From the NCBI GenBank assembly GCA_965224705.1, contig OZ245056.1:1984001-2048000 (forward strand): 64,000 nt of DNA, read 5' to 3'. The notes beneath the pieces are model-generated. The model was not told the origin of the DNA, searched no databases, and saw only the letters and a program-made list of their open reading frames with translations. A program made the translations under genes and the position numbers. This document shows, in pieces, positions 29,802 to 40,773 of this stretch (the stretch's first letter is position 1; each line of letters starts with the position of its first letter). The stretch is from Spirochaetaceae bacterium (GTDB lineage Bacteria > Spirochaetota > Spirochaetia > DSM-2461).

Positions 29802-31217
29802 ATGAATCCCCTGCATCTATACAATTCAGATGGCCGACAGATACAGAAATTTATCCCATTGAAAGAAGGTGAAGTGGGAATCTACTGCTGCGGCCCTACC
29901 GTATACAATTATGCCCATATTGGCAATTTACGCCCATACACCCATTGGGACATCCTTCGACGTACCCTGCAGCGCTTCGGCTACACAGTCAAGCATGTTA
30001 TGAACATCACCGATGTAGGACATCTTAGCGGCGATGGGGATGAAGGGGAAGACAAGATGATTGCCGGAGCCCGTTCCCGGGGAATGACTGTCTGGGAAAT
30101 TGCCAAATTTTACACCGAGGCATTTTTCTCCGATATTGAGAAGCTCAATATTCTAACACCCACAATAATCTGCAAGGCCACTGATCACATTGATGCCATG
30201 ATCAACCTTGTGAAGCTTCTGGAAACCAGGGGATATACCTACAGTTCTGCCGGGAATATCTATTTCGATTCAGCTCAGTTTCCCGAATACGGGCGCATGG
30301 CCCTTCTTGAGCGTCAGGATCTGCAGCATGGTTCCCGTGTGGAAATCGATACAAATAAGAAAAATCCCCTGGATTTTGTTCTCTGGTTTACAAAAAGCAA
30401 ATTTGCCAACCAGACCATGCTCTGGAATTCCCCATGGGGCAGGGGGTATCCTGGATGGCATCTGGAATGTTCGGCCATGAGCTCACAGTACCTGGGAGAA
30501 AGATTCGATATACACACCGGTGGAATAGATCATATTCCAGTTCATCACAGCAATGAGATTGCCCAGAGTGAAGCTGCCTTTGGCCATAAATGGGTGAATT
30601 ACTGGATCCACAATGAATTTCTCATCATAAAAAGTGGAAAGATGGCTAAGAGCAAGGGGAATTTCATCACCCTTAAAAACCTTATCGATGAGGGCTACCA
30701 GGCACTTGACTACCGTTATTTTCTTCTAGGCGGCCACTACCGTTCTCAACTTGTATTCTCCAAAGAATCCCTGTCGAGTGCCCGTTCTGCCCGAAAAGCA
30801 CTCACTGGCCGAGTGGCCGCTCTCATCAAGGAAACGATGCCATGTTCTCCTGATCTTCTCGGACCGTCCGTTCTATCCCGGCTCAAGAATTTCGATGCTG
30901 CTCTTGGAGAAGACCTGAACACCCCACGAGCCCTGGCAGAGCTGTGGAATCTCCTCAAAGATGGCAAAGTACCCCCGGCAGAGAAACTCGCTGGAGTCCT
31001 GCATATGGATGAAGTTCTCGGTCTGAATCTTCACGAATCCGGCTTTGAATCTGAAGAAGCCGCTATGGATGCAGAATTGAATCAACTCATGGATGAACGG
31101 AGCAAAGCTCGATCGAAAAAAGACTGGGCATCAGCGGATCGGATACGGGAAGAACTTCTGGCAAAAGGATGGAAAACTGTTGATTCGCCAGAAGGTTCAA
31201 GATTGGAAAAAGTGTGA
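29802..31217 (+). CDS. cysS: Cysteinyl-tRNA synthetase
   Basis: CGPTVY..HIGN, PGWHLECSAM, KMAKS; ATG at 29802 preceded by GGAG. Confidence 0.97.
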   Translation: MNPLHLYNSDGRQIQKFIPLKEGEVGIYCCGPTVYNYAHIGNLRPYTHWDILRRTLQRFGYTVKHVMNITDVGHLSGDGDEGEDKMIAGARSRGMTVWEIAKFYTEAFFSDIEKLNILTPTIICKATDHIDAMINLVKLLETRGYTYSSAGNIYFDSAQFPEYGRMALLERQDLQHGSRVEIDTNKKNPLDFVLWFTKSKFANQTMLWNSPWGRGYPGWHLECSAMSSQYLGERFDIHTGGIDHIPVHHSNEIAQSEAAFGHKWVNYWIHNEFLIIKSGKMAKSKGNFITLKNLIDEGYQALDYRYFLLGGHYRSQLVFSKESLSSARSARKALTGRVAALIKETMPCSPDLLGPSVLSRLKNFDAALGEDLNTPRALAELWNLLKDGKVPPAEKLAGVLHMDEVLGLNLHESGFESEEAAMDAELNQLMDERSKARSKKDWASADRIREELLAKGWKTVDSPEGSRLEKV

Positions 31218-31256
31218 AATATTTTTTTGTAACTTCAACAATCTCAGGTAGTTTTG

Positions 31257-31781
31257 ATGATTGATGATGATTCTCACGAATCAGCTTTTACCGAGCTGTT
31301 TGATTCATTTTACAGTGAACTCCTCAATGTAGCCTGGCATATTTGTGGACATGAGGACGTTGCAGAAGAGTTATGTCAGGAAGCGTTCCTGCGATACTAT
31401 GAGCGTAGAAAACATTTGCCAAAGGGAATTGAAGCCCGGTACTGGCTGATACGGGTGCTCAAAAACCTGGCATACAGCCATGGGAAACGTCTGGGGAGGG
31501 AGAGAGAGGTTTATCAGACATACCAGCCGGGGGAAAACACCCGGAACGAAGGTGAAGAAACCGTTATGGCCGAAGAATCTCGCCGCTTAATTCGGAAATC
31601 TCTTGCTGAAATACCATATAAATTGAGGATTGTATTAGTTTTGAAAGAATATACAGGTTATTCCTATGCAACCATTGCAAAGATCTTGCGAATCACTGAG
31701 AATAATGTTAAGATTAGAGTTTACCGTGCCCGGAAGCACCTCTCCAGATTATTAGAAAGGGAGGATTTATATGTGCCATGA
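31257..31781 (+). CDS. ECF RNA polymerase sigma factor
   Basis: AEELCQEAFLR region 2; YSYATIAKIL...VKIRVYRAR region 4. Confidence 0.88.
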   Translation: MIDDDSHESAFTELFDSFYSELLNVAWHICGHEDVAEELCQEAFLRYYERRKHLPKGIEARYWLIRVLKNLAYSHGKRLGREREVYQTYQPGENTRNEGEETVMAEESRRLIRKSLAEIPYKLRIVLVLKEYTGYSYATIAKILRITENNVKIRVYRARKHLSRLLEREDLYVP

Positions 31782-32322
31782 TGATGCTGTTCTTTCAGCT
31801 TGTTTTGACAGCGAACTCACACCGGATCTCAAGCAGGAAGTGGAGACTCACGTGAAAGAATGCCCTGCCTGTAAGAAAACTCTGGAAGAGTACACCTTCC
31901 AGAAAAAACTGCTTCATACGCATATTCAATCTTCCCATTTCGAAGCAGATGCCAGAAAAAAAGCCTGGTATTGTATCAGCCTATTGAAGCAAAACAGACT
32001 GAAACGGCACAATCAGATTTCAATACCGATCCCCATCGCTTCCACAGCCCTTATTGCCATTGTTGTCATGCTGATATTGAACCTTCATCCTTTAATAAAA
32101 CAGGCTGTATCCCCTGTCGATATTATGGCACAGAATGTCTACTCACCAACTGTTTTGTCACGGGGATATACTCCCGGTGAAGTGGATGCCTTTTTCACCA
32201 TCCTTGAAGGACAGCAGGGTTTCACAAAGGAGGCAATTCACACACTGCCAGATGAATTGCAGGTTTTCAAAATGGGAGAACCCTTCATCATTCATCCAGC
32301 CAGTATTGAGGGAGAGCCTTGA
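31771..32322 (+). CDS. Zinc-binding (ZAS) membrane anti-sigma factor
   Basis: HVKECPAC (Hx3Cx2C) then one TM helix; overlaps the sigma gene. Confidence 0.85.
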   Translation: MCHDDAVLSACFDSELTPDLKQEVETHVKECPACKKTLEEYTFQKKLLHTHIQSSHFEADARKKAWYCISLLKQNRLKRHNQISIPIPIASTALIAIVVMLILNLHPLIKQAVSPVDIMAQNVYSPTVLSRGYTPGEVDAFFTILEGQQGFTKEAIHTLPDELQVFKMGEPFIIHPASIEGEP

Positions 32323-32876
32323 GAAGGATTTTTACTTCATATCCTGCTCACTGGTTCGTTTGTTTCTTCTTCCTGGTATTATACGGAACTCAGCAGGTTA
32401 ATTCTGAAGAGTTTGATTTTGATGTTCACCAACTACTCAATGATGCCCTTCTGATTCATGCAGATATCTCTGTAACAACTCTGGAGTCACATGAAATTCT
32501 CTGGAGTACTGAAGTCAATAAAATTACAATACCAGGCCGGGATGTCGATATCAGTCTGGAAGGGAATGATGCCAGACTGGAGATTCAATTCATCGTGTAT
32601 CCGGCAGATAGCACTCACACAATTATTGCGGCACAAAGTGAAACCTGGTTCGGCGATCACTACAACAGTGCTTTAACCTCTTTCCCTCTGAAGTATGGTG
32701 AAGAAATACACTATTATCCATTGGGTCGATCCGCTGAGGAAATGAAAGATAAACCTGTTGAAATAGTTGTGAAATTCAAAGTCATTCCCTATCTTGAGAC
32801 ATTGGATGATGAATCCCGAGCCGAACTGGAAGCATCTCTTGATTCTTCTGCTCAATTCAGATTAACAGGAGACTGA
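32319..32876 (+). CDS. Exported hypothetical protein
   Basis: N-terminal hydrophobic signal; TTGA overlap with the anti-sigma stop. Confidence 0.7.
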   Translation: MRRIFTSYPAHWFVCFFFLVLYGTQQVNSEEFDFDVHQLLNDALLIHADISVTTLESHEILWSTEVNKITIPGRDVDISLEGNDARLEIQFIVYPADSTHTIIAAQSETWFGDHYNSALTSFPLKYGEEIHYYPLGRSAEEMKDKPVEIVVKFKVIPYLETLDDESRAELEASLDSSAQFRLTGD

Positions 32877-32883
32877 CAGGTTC

Positions 32884-34509
32884 GTGGAGCACCATAGTCC
32901 TCTTCTCTGGAAGCTGCCATTGATTATATTCGGAATTGCACTGGCCATCTTCCTCTTATTATTCATCCGCTATCAGCGTAAACCTGTTATCCACAGCATT
33001 GACCGGCTGACTGCTGTTTCCAGCGACAGGATTGAGGTGACTGGCCAGTTTTTTGGTAAGGAAACTGAAGGGGCCAAGCTTATCATTGGCGGACAGCCCC
33101 TTACTTCAACCGGTATAATTAACTGGCATGAAGATACAGTGGTTGCCCGAATCCCGAGAATTACAGGAACTGTTTTGGTCAAAGTAAAAAATCGTTCGGG
33201 GATATCCAACGGAGTTATACTCGGCAGTGCACAGCGATTTCCACAGATTGAATACGGTTCATGGCTGCCGGGATATCCATTTATTGAATCCATAGAACCC
33301 GGTTCTGGTGCTCCAGGATCGCTGATTACTCTGAGAGGCAAGGGATTCGGTGCCAGAAAGGGCGTAAGCCGGGTATGGATAAACAGGGACGATACATCCA
33401 ATCCTTTGATCCATGAAAAACCTGATACAGACCTTTACACAGAAATAACTTCTTTTGACCTATGGATGGATTCCACTATCAGTTTCTGGATACCAGCCAG
33501 TGCCGCATCCGGGAGCATCTACATCAACAAAGGTAATCGCTACAGTAATCCTGTTCACATTGAAATTACCCCGGGACCTGGATTCATTGAGTACGGAGAA
33601 AAAATCCGTTGGTCTCTAAGACAGGAAGTGGAAATAACAGGCATTGGCTCCTTTCCTGGAAACATACTCTATCTAAATCTGCCAGGACCTGTTCCATCAG
33701 GTGGCGGAAAAACTGAGACCACTGTCATCGATGCAAACACTCACCCAATGAATGAATGGAGAGGGAGAAATGGGTATCTTGATATTTACCAGCTCAATGA
33801 ATTAGTGAGCGGTGAAACTCGCATGATTTCCCGCCACATCGTTATTGAAACAGCGTCGGTGACAGCCAGTGTAAACAATGCAATTCAACCCTACGATCCA
33901 GATCACCCGGAACTTCTATCCAGTTTGGGGCAGGATGAATGGATACGGCCAGACTTAACAACCCGAATTCTGCCTCGAATTGTAAGAAGTAACCAGAATG
34001 AATGGGAGAAATCCCAATCCATTTATAACTATGTAATCAAACTTCTTGAATGGACCGATCAACCGCAGGGCCACGGTATTGCAGATTACCTGTCCTCAAA
34101 TCTGGCAGACAGCAGAGGCTACAGTATTTTATTCTGTTCTCTATCAAGAGCAGCCGAAATTCCAGCACGGCCAATTGGAGGAATCATTGTTGATGAGGAG
34201 AATAACAGCCGGAAGTGGTGGTGGGCGGAATTCTGGATAGAAGGCCTGGGATGGATTGCCGTTGATCCTGCTTTAGCTGATATTCAAACTGAGAATGATA
34301 CAGAAGATGATACCTTTGGGAAACTTGATGAAAGACACATTGCGTTCTCAAAAGGCAGACTGGAATCAGAACCTCTTCAACCCAATCCCGTCCTTAAAAA
34401 ACCTCAAAATGCTTATTCCTGGCAGAGAATATGGGAAGAAAGCTCGGGAAATCTACACAGCTACACAAGTAAATGGTTTGTTCCGCGAGTTGTGAGGGTT
34501 TACAGGTAA
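32884..34509 (+). CDS. Membrane-anchored IPT/TIG + transglutaminase-like protein
   Basis: TM anchor, two IPT/TIG-like repeats, RAAEIPAR...WAEFW..GWIAVDP fold motifs. Confidence 0.8.
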   Translation: MEHHSPLLWKLPLIIFGIALAIFLLLFIRYQRKPVIHSIDRLTAVSSDRIEVTGQFFGKETEGAKLIIGGQPLTSTGIINWHEDTVVARIPRITGTVLVKVKNRSGISNGVILGSAQRFPQIEYGSWLPGYPFIESIEPGSGAPGSLITLRGKGFGARKGVSRVWINRDDTSNPLIHEKPDTDLYTEITSFDLWMDSTISFWIPASAASGSIYINKGNRYSNPVHIEITPGPGFIEYGEKIRWSLRQEVEITGIGSFPGNILYLNLPGPVPSGGGKTETTVIDANTHPMNEWRGRNGYLDIYQLNELVSGETRMISRHIVIETASVTASVNNAIQPYDPDHPELLSSLGQDEWIRPDLTTRILPRIVRSNQNEWEKSQSIYNYVIKLLEWTDQPQGHGIADYLSSNLADSRGYSILFCSLSRAAEIPARPIGGIIVDEENNSRKWWWAEFWIEGLGWIAVDPALADIQTENDTEDDTFGKLDERHIAFSKGRLESEPLQPNPVLKKPQNAYSWQRIWEESSGNLHSYTSKWFVPRVVRVYR

Positions 34510-34524
34510 GTACAATTGGCAATC

Positions 34525-34553
34525 TTGCCATTCCAGGCCAACTTCTATAGGAT
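34525..34553 (+). promoter_or_regulatory. Putative sigma70 promoter of glyA
   Basis: TTGCCA-N17-TAGGAT, ending 10 bp before the ATG. Confidence 0.5.
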
Positions 34554-34563
34554 GTAAAACAAG

Positions 34564-35862
34564 ATGAGCGGACGTTTAGAGAATGTAGATCCGGAAATCC
34601 AGCGTGTTATTCAGAATGAACTTGCAAGGCAGCAATCCGGGCTGGAACTGATAGCCTCAGAAAACATTGTTTCTACTGCTGTACTGACGGCCGCTGGTTC
34701 AGTACTTACCAATAAATATGCTGAAGGATACCCTTCAAAGCGTTACTACGGTGGATGTGAATATGTCGATACCGCGGAAGAACTGGCGCGGGAAAGGGCC
34801 AGAAAGCTTTTCGGAGCCGAATATGTCAATGTTCAGCCTCATGCAGGGAGTCAGGCCAATATGGGAGCATATCGTGCGGTATTAAAGCATGGTGATACTA
34901 TCCTTGGGATGAATCTTGCACACGGCGGTCATCTTACTCATGGATCCCCTGTCAATTTTTCCGGAAAAGATTATACAATTGTAAACTATGGTGTCGATAA
35001 AAAAAGTGAAACAATAGATTATGATGAACTTTCAAAAATTGCCCGTGAATGCAAACCCCGAGTCATTCTGGCCGGTGCCTCTGCCTATCCCAGAACTCTG
35101 AATTTCAGACGTTTTCGTGAAATTGCCGATGAAGTGGGAGCGTTGCTGATTACAGATATGGCTCATATCGCCGGATTAGTTGCTGCCGGAGAACATCCAT
35201 CACCAGTACCCCATTCTCATATAACAACGACAACCACCCATAAAACTCTTCGGGGTCCGCGCGGCGGGATGATTCTTGTTGGCAGGGATGTTGAGAATGA
35301 CATGGGAATTGCTGCTCCCGGATCTGGAAGAACAAAACGCCTGGGAGAGATAATTGACAGTGTTGTATTTCCTGGAATCCAGGGAGGGCCGTTCATGCAC
35401 ATCATTGCAGCAAAAGCTGTTGCACTCAGGGAAGCTCTGCATCCTGATTTCAAGCTCTACCAGGCTCAAGTAGTAAAAAATGCACAGGTTCTGGCGAGAG
35501 CTCTTCAAGACAATGGCGCAAAACTTGTTTCTGATGGAACAGACAATCACCTCATGCTGGTTAATCTTTCTCCTCTCAAAATAACAGGAAATGATGCTGA
35601 ATCCTGGCTGGGGCTGGCTGGTATAACAGTCAATAAAAATGCCATCCCATACGATCCACATCCACCACGAACAGCCTCAGGGATCAGAGTGGGAACCCCG
35701 GCAATCACTTCTCGAGGTATGGGTGAGAAAGAGATGTTCAAAATAGCTGATTACATGATGGAATCTCTTAAATCAAATGGAAATGAATTAAGGCTTTCGC
35801 AGGTGGCTTTCAAGGTAAGAAAGCTCTGTGACGAATTTCCATTGTATCAGGAATCACAATAG
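34564..35862 (+). CDS. glyA: Serine hydroxymethyltransferase
   Basis: [28 protein letters not shown]. Confidence 0.98.
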   Translation: MSGRLENVDPEIQRVIQNELARQQSGLELIASENIVSTAVLTAAGSVLTNKYAEGYPSKRYYGGCEYVDTAEELARERARKLFGAEYVNVQPHAGSQANMGAYRAVLKHGDTILGMNLAHGGHLTHGSPVNFSGKDYTIVNYGVDKKSETIDYDELSKIARECKPRVILAGASAYPRTLNFRRFREIADEVGALLITDMAHIAGLVAAGEHPSPVPHSHITTTTTHKTLRGPRGGMILVGRDVENDMGIAAPGSGRTKRLGEIIDSVVFPGIQGGPFMHIIAAKAVALREALHPDFKLYQAQVVKNAQVLARALQDNGAKLVSDGTDNHLMLVNLSPLKITGNDAESWLGLAGITVNKNAIPYDPHPPRTASGIRVGTPAITSRGMGEKEMFKIADYMMESLKSNGNELRLSQVAFKVRKLCDEFPLYQESQ

Positions 35863-35875
35863 TATGATGATCTGC

Positions 35876-35905
35876 TTGACCAGATTTAATTACAATTCAT
35901 ACAAT
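35876..35905 (+). promoter_or_regulatory. Putative sigma70 promoter
   Basis: TTGACC-N18-TACAAT upstream of the cNMP-binding protein. Confidence 0.5.
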
Positions 35906-35940
35906 ATGATAATTCATAACTGGTAATTTGTGGAGATTTT

Positions 35941-37158
35941 ATGGGAAACCCCCTTCAATTAGGACTGATCAGTTACAATAAAGGTGCATATATAACTATT
36001 GACGGGGATGATGCGGAGTTATTCTATATTATCCGCACGGGTAGAGTGCGCGTACAGAAAGAGTTGGAAATCTTTGAAGAGGAAGCAAAGGATATACTGA
36101 AACCCGGTGATTTCTTTGGCGTCGTGTCAACAATGTCCAAACATGCCTACATTGAAAATGTTATAGCACTGGAAGATTGCACACTGATTACGGTACGCCC
36201 CGATCAATACTCCATGCTTATCGAACGGAATACACCCATTGCAATGAAGATTATCAACAGTTTTTCCAAGCAGGTGCGGATGCTTGATCAGGCACTGACA
36301 CGTCTATCCTTTAAGAGCTCGGCTGAGGTGGATGCATTCCACCTTCATCAGGTTGGAGAACACTACGCTAAACAGAACCAGTTCAACCTGGCATACTATG
36401 CGTACAGCAAATTCTGCCTGGAAAATCCCAATGCTCCCAATGTTAATGAAGTTAAGCAGAAAATGGAGAAAATCAAATCCTATGTTGATCCTGCATCTCT
36501 CAACGTGGATACAAGTAAATTTATTCGCCAATACCCAAAAGACTCAATGCTGTTTGCTGAAGGAGAAAGCGGCCCGGAACTGTATATAATTCAGAAGGGG
36601 AGTATTCGCATCACCAAAATTGTAAACGATAACGAAGTCTTACTTGCCATGCTTAAAACAGGAGATATCTTTGGTGAAATGGCTTTGCTGGAAAACAAAC
36701 CTCGAAGTGCATCAGCCATTATTCATGAAGATGCTGTTCTCATGGCTGTTAATCGTGCAAATTTCAAGGGAATGGTTATTGAACAACCCAGAGTAATATC
36801 CCGGCTCACATCGACATTGGCTGAGCGTATCTGGAATCTTTACCGTCAGCTTGAAAATACACTTATACAAAATCCTGTTGGCCGTATTTACGATTGTCTG
36901 GAACTGGAGCTGGAGAAATCACGGATTGACCTTGCCACACGACAACCCTATGACTTTGAATTCGGCATTAACAACCTGATCAGCATGGTGGGCCTACCTG
37001 TGGCAGAGGGAAAAATGGCCATAAGTAAACTCCTGGAAAGCAAAGAACTCATTCTGAATGGCAAGAATCTCTATGCCCCCGATATAACCAGGATTGTAAA
37101 GTCAAATGAATACCACAAAAAAATGGAAATTCGACATCAATCCATGAAGAGAAAATAA
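35941..37158 (+). CDS. Dual cNMP-binding-domain protein with TPR (Crp/Fnr-like)
   Basis: Two cNMP domains (GDFFGV; GDIFGEMALLENKPRSASA) separated by a TPR-like helix pair. Confidence 0.85.
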   Translation: MGNPLQLGLISYNKGAYITIDGDDAELFYIIRTGRVRVQKELEIFEEEAKDILKPGDFFGVVSTMSKHAYIENVIALEDCTLITVRPDQYSMLIERNTPIAMKIINSFSKQVRMLDQALTRLSFKSSAEVDAFHLHQVGEHYAKQNQFNLAYYAYSKFCLENPNAPNVNEVKQKMEKIKSYVDPASLNVDTSKFIRQYPKDSMLFAEGESGPELYIIQKGSIRITKIVNDNEVLLAMLKTGDIFGEMALLENKPRSASAIIHEDAVLMAVNRANFKGMVIEQPRVISRLTSTLAERIWNLYRQLENTLIQNPVGRIYDCLELELEKSRIDLATRQPYDFEFGINNLISMVGLPVAEGKMAISKLLESKELILNGKNLYAPDITRIVKSNEYHKKMEIRHQSMKRK

Positions 37159-37228
37159 CATTGTTTTCTATACATAATCTCTAATTATCCTTAACAAAAA
37201 AAACATATCAGCGTATTATTCTTATGCA

Positions 37229-40200
37229 ATGAAGTGCTGGAAAATATCAGCGGTTTTCATACTCATGCTGTTATGTGGGTGTAAAATCCATATCCGGGGC
37301 AGTTACCTAAATCTCAGGGATGATACTCTTGCCCTTAAAACCGTGGGATTCCTTCAAAGCAGGAACGTGCATCTCTCGCGTGACTGTATAACTGAAATTG
37401 ATTCTTCCGAGAACAGCATTGACGTCATAGTTCCATTTGATACCGATCTCAGCCAGGAATTTGTTGTGTATTTTACCACGACGGCGGATCCTAATATCAG
37501 CGTGTTGAATTCTGAAACCAATGAAGAATGGGTATCGAATGAAACAACGCTTTCATTTGCTTCTAACACAACCTCTTACCTTGTAAAACTTACCTCGCAA
37601 TATGCGTCCACTGGTTCTCCGGCAACCAGAGAATACACTCTATACATCAAAAAGTTTTTCGTACCGGAACTGACGCAGAAAACCTGGGCGGCTGCGAATG
37701 CCAGTGGAAACATTGATTTAGTCTTTGAGTTTCGTGATGAAAACAACAGCCCGATAGCATCAGGGATTGACTGGACTGGAGGTTCCGCGAGTTCACTCAG
37801 CTATGATAACAAAGTCACAATAGAGAGTTATTCTCCAGGCAATTCATCAGGAAAGTTTCAGGGGCTGTTAGTGAAACAGGAAATTCCTGGGGTCAGCACA
37901 GTCTTTATCCCCAACAGTCATTTTGAAACAACCGATGGCCGGTTCCAGGCGACCGGTGACGACACGCATCCTGAATACCCAGGTATTACGGGTACGTTTC
38001 TAACATTCACCTTTGCGCCGTCATCAGCCGTATACCTTTCGTCAACATCCGGGGATGACAATGCTCAGAATGCTGGATTGTCGGCCTCTACTCCGGCCGG
38101 AACATTGGGTAAGATTATCGAAATCCTGAAGAATCCGCCATCGTCACAGCAATTCCAGTATATCTATGCTGCTGCAGGTGATTATGATACGGACGGAGAG
38201 GGATTATTTACAGACACAGGACCCTGGATCAGTATAATTGGAGGATGGAACAGCGACTTTACAACTCAAGATACCAGCCCCGGTGTATCAACCTTCCGCA
38301 ACAGTCAACAACCATCTTCGTCTGGTCAACCATCGGCTGTTTTCGAATACAATGCATCAAACCAGCCCCCGTATAATATCGCACTCGCGGATATCACTAT
38401 TGAAGTCAATCCAGACAGCGGCAATGTCCTCGCAAATTCGACAGCCCTACTTGTTTCCAGTTCAGCAGGCAGTACTCATAGAGTGACATTGAACAATGTC
38501 CATTGTGCAGCAAACCAGGGAAGCGGTGATGACACATATGGAGTGTTCATCACGGATACCAATGTAGAAGTCGATAACAGCCGTATAACAGGTGGAACAG
38601 GTAGTAACATAAGTTGTGCGTTATATTTTGAGGGAGAAACAGATCTGACCATTGACAATTCTGTTATTTCGGGCGGTACTTCAGCGACAGGTGATTCAAT
38701 GGGCATAAGAATCGCTCAGGGGCCTGTAAGTGGAACCGGGAAAGTTATAATCAACGACTCAAAAATAACCAGCGGTCAATCAGCCAGTACCAGAACAGCC
38801 TATGGCATCCACTCTCTTGCTGTAACCGAATTGGAGATTAGCAACAGCAGTATACTGGCAGGATTCAAATCCTGGGGATCAAAAGGACTGAATATAACAA
38901 ATTCATATGGGTTGAAATTCGAAGACGCTATAGTTTCACTTGACAATGTATGGATACACAGTTTTGCGGACGGAGATCAGGCCGTGTCAATACTGAGTGA
39001 GTCAGTCGTTGATTCTGTAGTATTAACAGTCGATAGAAGCACATTCATCTCGGAAAATGCACAGAACACGAATGGCATGGTATTCCAGTCAAATTCCACG
39101 AATTCCGCTGCCATTCTAGTTCAGAACTCCGTTATTTATGCCGCTGGAGGAGAAAATGGAAATGGTTTCAGCATAGACACCGATGAAGAACTTGATGCCA
39201 TCATTTTGAACAATACAATCCATATCGATGGAAATACGGAGTTATCGGGTATCGATATACAATCGGAATTGGGTGCTGCAAGTAGTAATTTGAGCATTCT
39301 CAACAACATCTTTTATTCATCGGGGACGTCAATACCGCTCAAGGGCATAAAGGCCGTATCAGATTTATCCAGTTCAAATACTTCAGGGATTCCAGGAGTT
39401 TATAAAATCCACCACAATAATTTCTGGGCATCGGCAGGCGTAGAATTTGATTTTTCGGCCGCAGTTCCGAACCAATACACACTTAAAGAGATGCAGGAAA
39501 ATGGAAATAATATCTTTCATGGAAATGTTTCACGCCAGGTCGATGCAGACATGAGCTATGATTACAGCACCTCCGATTTTGACATGGGCAGAATTACCTC
39601 TCCGGCAATTGATGTGCAGCTTGGGGGAATTGACATCCAGTACCATGTATTAAGTCAGCAGGTGAGTTATGCAGACAAGGATGGCAGCAATAGATCCGGT
39701 GCATACAGACTCGGATGGTCTATGGGTGCTATAGAATATGATAATTCCAGTATTCCAACAGAAATCCATGTCGATGTTGACGGGAGTGATTATCACCCTC
39801 TGGGCACGGAAGATGCACCATTTGCCTCCATCTCCCGAGCTGTACAGGTTGCCCGAAACCAGGGAAGTGTGAGCGGGACTGATTATCACCGCATAAGAGA
39901 CAATATCACAAAAATCATGGTGAACCCTGGAGAATACGAAACAACAGAAACGATCACTATAGAGAATTCAAGTTCTCGAAGTCTTACACTTGAAGGTATC
40001 AGTGATGCGGCATCATCCCCCCCCAGACCCAAAATATCCAGGGAAATCAATTCTGCACCCATCAAGAATCTCATTCTTGAATTGAAAAGCACATCCGGAG
40101 ACATTGAATTCAATAATTTCGATATAGAATTCAGTTCGACAATGGCGATCAGTGATACCGACAACACGGTTCGTGGTGTTCTGATAACCGGTACTTCCAA

Positions 40201-40510
40201 TACTGAAATCTATAATACGGCTATCCAGTTTGTCTCCGAGTTTTACGGAATCACCGGCATTGAACTGGATAACTCAGCGAAAACAACTATTGGAGAATCA
40301 AGTATTGCAAGTCTTTCCAATACAGGGACAGGCGGCTTCATGGGTCTCAACATAGTGAATTCACAGGCAGAAATCAGCAGCACCACAATTTCTTCTTTCA
40401 ATACACCAGGGAGTACCAATGCGTGGTGGCTAACAATAGACCAGCAATCAAGTATCAGTTATCCAAACGGATCTCCACCCCTGACAGGAAACCCAATGAT
40501 CATTCCGTAG
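37229..40510 (+). CDS. Large putative surface lipoprotein with right-handed beta-helix repeats
   Basis: Lipobox-like LLCGC; Ser/Asn/Thr-rich IxNSxIxGG repeats; two motifs of the VxxxGxD..G+..xP type. Confidence 0.75.
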   Translation: MKCWKISAVFILMLLCGCKIHIRGSYLNLRDDTLALKTVGFLQSRNVHLSRDCITEIDSSENSIDVIVPFDTDLSQEFVVYFTTTADPNISVLNSETNEEWVSNETTLSFASNTTSYLVKLTSQYASTGSPATREYTLYIKKFFVPELTQKTWAAANASGNIDLVFEFRDENNSPIASGIDWTGGSASSLSYDNKVTIESYSPGNSSGKFQGLLVKQEIPGVSTVFIPNSHFETTDGRFQATGDDTHPEYPGITGTFLTFTFAPSSAVYLSSTSGDDNAQNAGLSASTPAGTLGKIIEILKNPPSSQQFQYIYAAAGDYDTDGEGLFTDTGPWISIIGGWNSDFTTQDTSPGVSTFRNSQQPSSSGQPSAVFEYNASNQPPYNIALADITIEVNPDSGNVLANSTALLVSSSAGSTHRVTLNNVHCAANQGSGDDTYGVFITDTNVEVDNSRITGGTGSNISCALYFEGETDLTIDNSVISGGTSATGDSMGIRIAQGPVSGTGKVIINDSKITSGQSASTRTAYGIHSLAVTELEISNSSILAGFKSWGSKGLNITNSYGLKFEDAIVSLDNVWIHSFADGDQAVSILSESVVDSVVLTVDRSTFISENAQNTNGMVFQSNSTNSAAILVQNSVIYAAGGENGNGFSIDTDEELDAIILNNTIHIDGNTELSGIDIQSELGAASSNLSILNNIFYSSGTSIPLKGIKAVSDLSSSNTSGIPGVYKIHHNNFWASAGVEFDFSAAVPNQYTLKEMQENGNNIFHGNVSRQVDADMSYDYSTSDFDMGRITSPAIDVQLGGIDIQYHVLSQQVSYADKDGSNRSGAYRLGWSMGAIEYDNSSIPTEIHVDVDGSDYHPLGTEDAPFASISRAVQVARNQGSVSGTDYHRIRDNITKIMVNPGEYETTETITIENSSSRSLTLEGISDAASSPPRPKISREINSAPIKNLILELKSTSGDIEFNNFDIEFSSTMAISDTDNTVRGVLITGTSNTEIYNTAIQFVSEFYGITGIELDNSAKTTIGESSIASLSNTGTGGFMGLNIVNSQAEISSTTISSFNTPGSTNAWWLTIDQQSSISYPNGSPPLTGNPMIIP

Positions 40511-40677
40511 AGCGGAAACAGCAATACCAGATTAACATTCCGGGGAAATTGCCCCTCCATGCAAACGCTGGCTGATACGCAATCCATTCTCCTGCACAGC
40601 TTTGAAGTCTGCCAGGAGCCTGATGGAATCCAGATGTGAATAGTATTCAATGTCAATACCGGAGAATGTATGTGGAA

Positions 40678-40747
40678 TTTACATGTTTTTCTCATTCTTA
40701 CTATACAGCATTTATATCTGGTTCATATTTCAGGGATAAATTATGAT
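40678..40747 (+). promoter_or_regulatory. Phased OmpR/PhoB-type operator plus -10
   Basis: TTTACAT/TTCTCAT/TTTATAT/TTCATAT at 40678, 40689, 40711, 40722 (multiples of 11 bp); TATGAT at 40742. Confidence 0.55.
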
Positions 40748-40773
40748 CAGTTATTAAAACTTGGAGGTTATAA

